Source: Klebsormidium nitens (Eukaryota; Plantae; Klebsormidiophyceae). Taken from it: a stretch of DNA of 64,000 nucleotides. The notes under the pieces are model-generated. The model did not search any database. It was not told the origin of the DNA and saw nothing but the letters and a program-made list of their open reading frames with translations. This document shows positions 45,514 to 56,200 of the stretch, piece after piece (positions within the stretch are counted from its first letter, which is position 1; each line of letters begins with the position of its first letter). A program made the translations under genes and the position numbers. The stretch spans positions 62,001-126,000 of the forward strand of contig DF236958.1 of NCBI GenBank assembly GCA_000708835.1, in the 5' to 3' direction.

Positions 45514-47025
45514 TTGAGGCCTTGATCGCTGGGAGTCCGGCGGGCGACACGCCATCTTCAGTATGGGAAGCCCACATACGATGTGCTTATAATGACAGGC
45601 CAACCTTTCGGGGTCTTTAGCAAAGTTGCTTTTGATAACGCTTGAGCCTTCTCTTGTGCAACCTCACACGCAGCGACGGTTCAAATAACGAGGTTCGAAC
45701 GGGAAGTTAATCTTCCTTTGAGATGGACCGACGTCTGCGGCCGGTACCAAGGGCCGGAAACGCGCCCGCGAGGGACAACTTCAGACAAGCGCACCGTTCA
45801 ATCCGCAAACTTTCCTTCTAAGATGACCATGTCCAAGAGAAGCAATGCTTGAAACACTTATCCAACACAAAACTCCAACCCCCAAGTCTTCCAACATCAT
45901 GCCAGGCCCAAAGGAAATCACCAAATAAGATAAGCGCACTGGCACGACTACCATAGCAGGCCCTAGTCGAAAGAGTCTTTCATCGGCCCTGCTAGGCCTC
46001 TCTGAGAAGAAGTTTAAGGTGGGCGTAGGACGTGCACGTCCGTCCAAGATCGCACGGTGCTCGGAGCATCACCAAACCGACGTCCAAAATTGCGGGCGTC
46101 AAAGTTCTGACGCCGTCAGCACTTACGGGTGACGGTCGAAAATCCCAGCGCTCACTATAAGACCATCGGCATCCGCTGACGCATGCCGTTGCGCTTTCTC
46201 GCAGGCGGCACCGGAAGCGGTGCGAGCAGCTTATTCCCAGCGGCGCGCGCTCCCCCATCAGCTGGGGCTGTCTCGGCGTCCGACAGTGGAGCCTGAAATT
46301 GGCCCAGTCCGCGTGCTCCCTTCACTGGTGGTTAATCCACGGCGAGGTTAACGGTAACCCAGCCGCCCCCCTCAGCCCCGCGGACGACGAATTGGCGGCT
46401 CAGGTACGGTAACCTCTTTTAACAAGCAAGGTTGCCGGTCAGTGAACCGTCCCAGCTTTGGTGGGCTCTGGTTGTGCTCAATTGATTTAACGGCCAATTG
46501 TATAGATGAGAACCCGGGGGACGGGGGGGGAGTAGGGAGCTTAGGACAGGTATGGGTGCGGAGCGTTGTAATGTTTTAGGTTGGTGTTTCATAGTTAAGG
46601 GCCCTTGCCTTTTGTATCTTAACTTGAAATCATTCTGCTGATGATCCTTTCTAGAGTTCCCAGAATCTTTGGTGGGCTCTATGATGCCGGAACCTGATCG
46701 CTTAATGCAGGGTCAGCGTTAGCACTTGCTACGAGGGCTCCTCACTGTATTCTTGCGGCGGAGTGCCACGTGGCGCAATGAAATCGTGGACCTGTTGATC
46801 AGCTAGAAAACCGGCGGAATTGAACTTGACAGAAAATAAATCTGTGCTTAGCAGATCTTTAGTAACCGAGCCTCGTTGGAATGGTACTGCGGATCCGATG
46901 TCTGCTTGCAACGGTCTCGTGCCCTGCTGTCAAACAACTTCACCCTAGTCCCGGGCGTTAACGTCATGCTACCCGGATATTGTCTGATCCGAAGTCTTTG
47001 GGGCATGCAGGTGCGCCGCCTCGAG

Positions 47026-47064
47026 GGGTACTGTAACCGGGTACTGTAACCGGGTACTGTAACC
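47026..47064. repeat. Perfect 13-bp tandem repeat x3 (gggtactgtaacc)
   Basis: Direct reading of the sequence. Confidence 0.95.
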
Positions 47065-50000
47065 GGCACCCTCTGGTCACTGCAGGAGGCGCTGAGGCAA
47101 CTAGAGCTGGGAACGATCATTGAGTGCCGAGAATGGCGCTGCTGAAGGTGAGGATCTTATGTTAGTTGGCATTCCGCTCCGGTCCATCCTGTTCCGTTCC
47201 AGCCGAGTCTCTTCCGTTCCGCTTTGTCTGGTTCCATGCCGTCACGTTTGGGCGGTCGGGAAGAGCTTAAGGTAGCCGTAAAACCGTTCTTTCTCCGGTG
47301 AGTTTGGCACCGCGAGCGAGGTGAGGAGTGAGTATATGGACGACAATCACTTCCTTCTGCTCCTTCAATCCGTTCCGTTTCGCCGTCGTTGCTTCCTCGA
47401 GCAAGCCCATTTTGACTTTAGCCGTATGGACGAGCCCTGAATATCTGGACTCTGTAGTCCTAGTTCGCTCGTGCCTGTTCCGTTTATTTCAGACTTCATT
47501 CCGTTCGTATTTTGGCGGAAAGGCCAGTGGTCCAAAGGTGAAGCGGAACTCCGCTGTTGCTGGTGCGCTACGAGTGGTTGAGTCCCTTGTTGGTACGCTG
47601 CCTCAACTTTGTGTTGTTTGTGGTGCTCTGATCTCCATTTGTGTTGTTGTAATCCATCTGTTCCCTTCCTCTTAATTCCAGTCAGTTCCGCCCTTCCAAC
47701 TCGTTATCCCTTCCCTTGGCGGAAACCCTTTGTAGCTTTCCGTCTCTGTTGAGGTGAAGGGCGCGATGCCGCGTCACGTATAAGCGGACAATACGGTGTG
47801 AATGCTCCGCGCTGATTGCTCCACTCCTTCTTTTGGTTCCCTTGATTTCCGGCTGGCCTTAAGACCTGCAGATTGGCTTCAAAGCGGTCAAAGCTTTCAT
47901 GCCTTTCGGTTATTACTATTGTGGTTCTTTAAAAACGGGGTTCTGCGTTGGCCCTGAAACTGACGACCTTCATTAGAGTTGGGTGGAAGAACGACACGGG
48001 AAAGTATAGTTGCGCATACTTCTTGGACTTTCCCAAGAACACGTTGCCAGTCCTTAAAGGGAGGCTTTGCTCAGATCATTCTTTGGCGATCTTGCGTCAG
48101 CACGAGGCGCACTCAACAAAAAACGCAAGTCGCCTTGTATGCAACGCTGTCAATCAGTCAATCTTTGTAATTCGCCACTGGCTGCACAAAATAAATATCG
48201 TTTCGCTTTCTGCGTATTTAACGTCGCCTTCTAGATGGCCTCAAATCTATCTTCAACCAGTGCAAAGGCTTTACATTGCATTGCAGGGAGGGCAGGAAGG
48301 CGGGGCTGGGCGAAGGGCGCAGATCAAAGGCAAGGGGAGGCTGCCGGAATCAGCAACAGAATGTCGAAAGAGGGACCGGTGTAGATTGACTGTATTTTCC
48401 AGATCATTGTAACAAGCAGAGCATAAGCTAAGGTGATGCGGACGAAACGTCGCTTGTTAAATAGATGGTGTGAGACGAGGGGAGAATAGCGATAAGCTTT
48501 CGTAATACATAGCAATTGCGGACGGAAGGCCAAAGGACAGGTTGCAGCCAGTTTGTTGACTCTGCTAAGGCCGCAATCACCGACAGAACTTGCTCAGGGC
48601 CATGTGCGCGCTAAGGCAGCCAGAGAGCGTTGCATTTGTGCTGGTAGGGTTCGATCAGGAAGACTAGGTGCAGTGTAAAGTAATATACCGGCGCATGCTT
48701 CGACGTAAGACCCATATCGTTGGGAGTTACAATTGATACGATCGGAGAGGAATGGAACGGCCGCTTCTTCTGCCGCAATTGCATCAGTGACCTTTAATTG
48801 AGTCGGAACTCGGGCCCTTGTTATCATACCATTATATATGTACGTTCGTTCCATGGGTTCATAGCATCGATCCGGCTGCGGTAAGAATAAACTAGCCAGG
48901 GTGGTTATCAATTGACCACATGTGTGTATATATGTCTTGTCAAATCAGTTGACCATGACGGTGTGGGTAAAGACAGCCTCGTAACATGCATGTACCGGGC
49001 GCCTTAGGAAACTGATTTGACTCAGTAGCCTGGGCGTTTTGCCGACTCAGCCGTCAGGGCCCGTCGGTACATGTATAGGGCGGCGGATTCCAATTTTCAT
49101 AGAACCCAAACACTTCACGGGTTTGCACCAATTTCCAAGCGTCCAAACCGGCCCAAAGAGTTGTTGACATCATGAGCGTTCAAGCGGCATGCAGTATGCG
49201 CAGTACGTTCGCCTTGCTCGATGTTTAAAGAGAGTGCCAAGAGAACGATAGTCTGGCCGTCCGACCGACACTGGCACGGCAGAATATCCCCAGACACTGC
49301 AAGCAGCAGACAATTCATCCTGCCACTGGTTTCAAGTATATAACTGTGATGGTTCAAAATCCAAGGGTTCGGTAGGATAAAGCAGACTGAGAGCTCTCGA
49401 CTAGATATAGAGATCCACTCTCATTCAAGCCATGCGCTCGTCGGATCGGAGGCCGGTCAAACGCCCCCGATGGACACAGGCTTGATCTGGGAACTGAATG
49501 CGGCCAGCTTTTAGTCCAAATATTACTTGTGTCAGGGGATGCGACCACACTTATTGAGCTCCATTGAGAGAACATTACAGGTCTCCGTGGTCTATCTGTA
49601 TACTACGCCTGTCCTAAACCTCTGTTGATCACGAGAGTCCCTTGAACCCAGTCCGGGGTGTCTCTTCCTCACGGCAGACTCGGTGATACGAATAAGCAGA
49701 CGTCCACACTTGGAAACAAGTCCACTAGCATGCTATCCTACCGTTCTAGAAAGCCCAATCAGCTGACTGGGCTTGCCTTGGCCTCCGCAACCTCAATCAA
49801 CACCTTCGCAGAACCTGCAAACATCGAGAGAATCGAATCATTGATGATTGAGCTGCTGCCACAGGGTGCTGATCACATTTGCTGAGCGCTTTTGCCACCG
49901 GTACTTTTCCCTCAGCAGGACCTTGCCGCAGTTATAAGTCATTGCCCGCCCTACAACACGTGTTGACCATCCACTTTGCCTCTTCACGGACTTTCTAAGC

Positions 50001-50231
50001 CGCGGAGCAAAGCGTACATTGAGCAAAGCGTAAAAATAACTCGTGAGCAACACGTCATCATAGTAGTCACTATCTCATCGTCTACCTTTCCATTAAAGCC
50101 AGCGTTTCCTCATCAGACAAAGAAAACGAACATGTACAGTCGTCATACTTGTTGGAAGTTGATACGGATTAGGACTCCAGTGAGATCAGGCCCAGATAAA
50201 CAAAATTGTCAGTACGGGAGACAGCTACGTG

Positions 50232-53200
50232 CTATAAACGATTGGGCACCAGCTGAGGAGGTCTCACTGTCGAATTCACTGGATGGCTAGCGCTTTCCGA
50301 CGTTGACGTGATCAGCCTCAGTGCTAGAAGGAACCACGTCGGGGTAAACATCAGCAAACCGTCAGCAGAGAGGCGATCCTCACCGTTGAACTTGACGAGG
50401 CGGGCCAGCGCTTTTCTCGGCCAGCCAAGGCGTCCTTCCCGTTTGCTTGTACCAAGCTGGCTGGCGCTTCCCGAAAAGGAACGAAGGTCGACGTGTTCAT
50501 ACGACGAAAGCAAAAACGTTGAGCCAAACTTCAGCCTGAGAGGTGATCCTCACCGTTGAACTTGACGAGGCAGGCCAGCGTTTTCTCGGCCATGCGCTGG
50601 ATGCCGTCGCGGTCGCACCGCTTCATCGCGACCACCGGGTCGACCGCCCCCGCTTGGAGCAGCCGCGCCGCGTTCGACTCTGCACCCAAATAGGCGGGTT
50701 CTTCCGTTGTCACTTCGACTAGTGGTGATGTTTGATTGTCGGGTCTGTATATTTGTCAGTTGTGCCTCAAGGTGGTTCCCGGTTCCTCTTGTCTATCAGT
50801 GTTTTCGGTCGTGGCTCAATAAACGACGGTCTCTGGGGCATCGGGGAGCGGGATGATGGCGTTCGATTTTAAACAAACGAGACGCGCGTTCGACTCTGCA
50901 TTCAAGGATGTTAGAAATTATGCATTGCGGCTCATGGGGATTAATCTCTGCTTTGATAGAAAGCGAAATCAAGGCGCCCAGCAGATCTACAGAAATGGGA
51001 CGGCGCCTTCGACTCTGCACTCGGAGGTTTTGCGAGTGTGTAACCTGAGTCTCATGAGCGACGTTTCTTGGGGACGTCAGGAAGATTTCTGAGTCCACCA
51101 AACCAGAAACGACAAAGAGCGAAGTCTTGTTTCCTCCTGACGTCGACCTGAAAAGGGGCGCGAACGGTCTGCTCGCGTGTCAAGGACTTTTCTGCCGCGC
51201 CGTTTCGCTCTGAGGGATCCGCTGCATCAGATTCTGCGACGTTGTTCGGCCGTAAGAAGATTCTGAGGTGACAGCCAGACGAACTTACTAATGGCGGCGT
51301 CGACATCAGTTGAAGGATGATTGTTTTGAGCCAAAGAAGATTGCTTGGAGCGAATGAGTTGTGCCGTTTAAGTAGGATTCGCAGGCCGGATCAAGTATCG
51401 AGCGGCTAGCGCTCCCTCGTACGGAAACGACAGTTCCTATCGCCTTGAACAGGTTCTGTCCGATCCCTTCAATAACGACTTTATTATCTTCCTCACGGTG
51501 TACTAGTAGATGTTGTGACGATGAATTGAAACAGGTCGAAGCGCAGTGTTATTTTTGGGCAATAAATTCGCGGCGTCTATCTGTGCGAGGCAGTGGAGCG
51601 CGCGGTCTGCGCGCGCTTTCCAAAAGGCCAATCCCAACACAAACGCGCGCGCAGCCCACCTCTTTGCGCGAGGCTGTAGAGCGCGAGCCCCGCGTGCTTC
51701 TTGACGGGAAGGCTGGGAGATCCCGCCATCTCGACCAGGCAGCGCAGGCCGCCCTCGTCGAGAAACTGGTCCGCCTTATCGTCTGGCAAGAGAAGCGGAT
51801 GAGCATGATTAAAGAATGCCGGATTTCGCCAGAGGAACATGGCAACAGCACAAGGTTGAGGGAGCCCAGGCTGCCTTTTACATACTCGAGATTCTTTACG
51901 GCCTCTTTTAAGCAGTCTGGAAGAACAGCGCCCGAAAGGTTCAGTACTACCCCTCACTTTGACCCACGTCGGACTGAGTAGACGGCAGTCAGAACGGTAC
52001 GAATGCAGCCCAGAAGCTTTTCTAGTCCATTCGTTTGGTCCGGGAATGCTTCCGCTGGTTTGACAAGATGCCAGAACTCCACGAGTTTTTATGCATTCTC
52101 ATGACTAGCAGGTCCCCAGTCTTGTGCCTCTGTTCGTAACATCATGAGGGACAAGAGGGAGAAAAGGAAGCGGTCCTCACATTTGACCACGAAGTTGGCG
52201 ATGCCCCGGGCCACCTGCGCCAGGACGTCCGGGTGCTTGCTCGCGGCCATGGAGACGAACGTCCGCATGCCGCCCGACTGCACCAGCTGCTCCTTCAGCG
52301 CCACTGCGGAGCGGAACGGAACGAGCGGAAGGGAATTAAGGCCGGCGGGAAAATGAAATACTTCAAGACATAATTTGATGTCCTCCAATTTACAGCGGCT
52401 ATGACAATAAAGGAATTGGCAGGGTAACTTCAAGAACATGCGACAAGGATCGCATAATCCTGACCGTTCCTGCAAGGCTAGAAACCAAACAGATTGCTCT
52501 TCGGTCTTTCTGTAAAGTCTTTCTGTCTTAACTCAATGATCCAAAGAATTATAGATCAGACACCGATATTCGAGATTTGAGAAACCCAGCTTCAAGGCTA
52601 AAAGAGCCGTTGATGCGAAGCCAACCAATGAAAAGGTAAGCTTACGGTTTCCGCAAAGGTTGGCGATCGCGCCGGCCACCATCCGCTGGGTTTGTGGGTC
52701 GACGGCGGTTTGACCCAGGTTAACCAGGACCGGCAAACCGCCCTCCTCGACTATCCGTAGTTGATTGGGCTCTGCAGTGGGTTAGCGAGGCTGGGCGTAA
52801 GCAGGCAGTCAATTTTGTTTTTGAGTGGTGCATTTGGTTTAGGCTATTTTCAGATTCGTTGACAGGCTGATACTTCTGTTCGTAACGGCCTAGCCTTATG
52901 CTATGGAGTCCAAATGCATTCTCCCCGAACCCACGCCAAGTTGGAATATCGCTGTTTTTAACCTTCCCGCAGTGTCCTCAAACGATGGCTATTGTTTGAG
53001 GTCATGCACTGAGAGGCATGCAAACGCTGCTGACCCTTCCCTTTCGGATCTCTTGCAAAGGCAGTTCAAGATGTGCATCCTCAACCAATTTGCGCTTCTG
53101 TCGAAAGCTCCAGAGAAGTGCCCATTCTCACCGCTCATGGCGAGGTTCGCGATCGCGCCGGCCGCCAGCCGGTGCGTCGTCTCGTCCGTAGTTCGAGTGA

Positions 53201-56200
53201 TAAGGTCGAAGAGCGCCCGGAGGCCGCCCAACCGGACGATCTCTTGTTGGTGACTCTCTGCACATAGGCCTCGGAAACAAGTCAGAACAATCGCGAGCGG
53301 GCACTATTACAACTACATACAAGTTTTCAATTAGGGGACTTTTCTACGATTCTTATCAGCCGGTATGAGCTCTCGAAAGAGTGGTCCTTTTGCCTGCGCG
53401 GCGCTCAATTCGGGCTCAACTCCTTCTGATGACAGCGTGGCGGACTCTCACGGTCAATGCGGCGGAATAGCGAGGCAATCCACGTACTTGCTCCTCATGA
53501 GACTATCATTTGAAGGACGCTGCTAATGCAAATGTTCTCAGAGGATCTGAAAATGGTCTCCAAGGTCTCCCGCAGACAGTACCTTGAGCCGCCAAGTTGG
53601 CGAGGGCCTTTGTAGAGGTCCTGCAGATGTCGACGTCGTCCGACTTGAGGAGCACCAGCAGGTTGCCCACGCCGACTGCACCAAAAGCAGGGCCTCCAAT
53701 CAGCTTTTCACCAGTTCACCAGTTTTTTTCACCAGTTCACCAGTTTCACCGCAAATCTAGTCATTAAAGACATGCGACAGCTCTTTGTAGATCTAAGGTA
53801 CCTAAGCTCAGGAACTGACCGCCTCTGTGTCCCTAGCCATCATGGTCAAAAAGGAGACGCTTGAGATCAGATGCCTTCACAAGTTGGGGTCAGATACGTC
53901 CCATTAGATTTTCAACTTTGGAATGGCTCAAGACTCTCTGTGTGCAACCCCATAGATCCAATGAACGGGATCTACGGTTGCCGGGATATACGAGCGCGGG
54001 TTTCAATAGCAACGACAGCCCTGGATAGTTGGAGCCTTAGAATCGCCTCAGAGAGCTGCCTCCGAGGTTTCCAGATTGCTGACGTTTGTAGACCTCCTCC
54101 TGAAAGTCCCTCGTTACTTTTGTGTCAGCTGATGCAGCGATCCTTCGCACGAACGTTGGGATTACATTAATCGCAGTCACCACAACTTAAAGGTATATTT
54201 TACGATCCTTCAAGAGAGATAGGAAAAGGAAATATTTCGTCACTCCGACGTCGGGTAATTCGCGCGTACCTTGCTCAAAGAGCTTGGTGGTCATGGCCAG
54301 CTGGAGCTTCAGCTGCTCGACCTCCTTGGACTGCGTCCCGAGGGACGCTTTTTGCTCGGTGACTAGGGCGTTCAGCTCCGCGATCCGGCCGGGTTCTTCT
54401 ACCGGCGGGGCAGCCGCGGCGTCCTTCTTTTCAGACTTGCCCCAGAAGCTCGACTTCTGCGAAGGAGGAGCATGAGAAGAAGCAGCCGTTAAGCTCAGAT
54501 CGGCTATTGCAGACAAGATTTAATTGCTCGACTTTTGGCTTCTACATATGAAATGCAAAGTGCATAGCTGGGAATCAATGATATCGTTACTTGCAACTGA
54601 AAAGGCAGTATCGCCCCGGATGAACCCAACTTAATGAGAAGCTCCGCTTAGACCTAGTGTCGTTTGGATTAGGGGGGGGTAGAGCACCAAAACACTCTGT
54701 TGGCTTTGCCCGAAATTTTAATTGGAAATTTTTCTGGCTGCGGTGACTAGAGAGCTCACGGCCTTTGGAAAAACAAGGATTTGGGTAGCCGTTGAATGTA
54801 GCGCAAACAAATGCTGGTTTGCAAGAACACCCTTGACAGTTCGTCAAAATGGTTTGCTGACGTAGAGCTGTCTGAAGCTCATCAGATTTCATCAAATTGT
54901 ACGCTCCTTCGCGTCCGTTCTTTTGACGCTTGAGAAGCTAGTTAAGCAACTTCATCAGGATTAGGCTTACCGTTTCAGCCAGAGACGCGTTCAACTTCTT
55001 GCACCGCTCCTCTGAGTCGGCCAGCTCGCGTCGCGTCTGTTCATGGGCGGTCTTCTCATCCTGCCACGTGGCATCCGACGCGCAAAGTTAGGCTTGGCCT
55101 TCGACGCTCGGGATTGAGAGTATGCACGTCTTCTGAGCCCTTCTTTTCTCTTGATTATTCACAATATTGACCGACAAAGAACTTGGAGTGGCCTACTTGC
55201 GAGCGGGTAAGTTGTTGCATAGCAACCGCACACGAATACTCAAAGAAATCGCTTGACGCCCAAGACGGCCTTCTGACTCTGAGAAGAAACTCGGGTTGTC
55301 ACAAGATCATGTTTTGAAGGGACGACTGAATCCTTTTCACCCCTCACGAGTACGCACTTCAAGTTGGAGCAAGGAGATTTTGGAGGCGGAAAGCCCGAAA
55401 AAGGTGCGAATCGTTGTTAGTACTTCAGACAACAGATGTTTCCAAGGTTTTCTGGATTTCGTTACGCACCTCGATCCGTCTTTCCAGCTCCTTCTCTTCT
55501 TTGAGCGCAAACGCAGCCTCCTCTCTCCGCTTCTGCGTTACAGCGCGTAGTTCGTCTGCCAACTCATCGGCCCGCGCGCTGATTGCCTCCATCCGCTGTT
55601 CCGCTGAGCGGGTGGCTTGCTCCAGGACGGCGGCAGCGGAACTCTTGGCCTCCGCCAGCGCCGCGGCCGCGGCCGCCTGCGTATCCGCGAAGCGCGCGGC
55701 GGCCTCCGACTGCGCGCGCGCCAGCTCGTCGGCCGCGCGCGTGCGCTCCCGCTTCAAATCCTGCAGGCGGCGAGTTTCACGTTCATTATGCTGCAAAACA
55801 TTCACCTTCTGCGTCGCGTAAAGCAAGCGACGAAATTTCGCACTCTTGTCAACCAACGAAAACGCTCTTGCACTGTTTGAAATCCTTCGAAACAGGAACA
55901 GACATCAACGCAAACTTTTCAAGGAGGTTTCGTCAATCGTGGAGGGATGTCAAATTTCAAAGGCAATAACATGCAGGGAAGCGAGACTCAAAGTAATGAC
56001 CCGCGATCTCCGTTCCTAAACTCCTTTTCTGCTTGAATCAGTACCGCCCCGCAAAACGCAGGCGCTCTTGAAAGCTTACCTCCTGCCCTTTCCGCACTGC
56101 CGTGTCCAGTTCCGCTTGAAGCTCTTCCGTTCGAGCAGCGGACTCCGCCAGCTTGTGCTTGTACTCCTTGTGCAGCCTGCTCGTCTCCGCTTCGAGCGTC

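Noticed and set aside
45280-45620. ORFs encoding PNPNPN/PKPKPK or GFGFWVLG repeats
   Set aside because: They are translations of the GGGTTT(T) microsatellite, not proteins.
15173-55070. Extended G-box palindromes GCCACGTGGC (about 15176, 15213, 46766, 55063)
   Set aside because: They lie in introns or at an acceptor site rather than in promoters, and are plausible by chance in GC-rich DNA.
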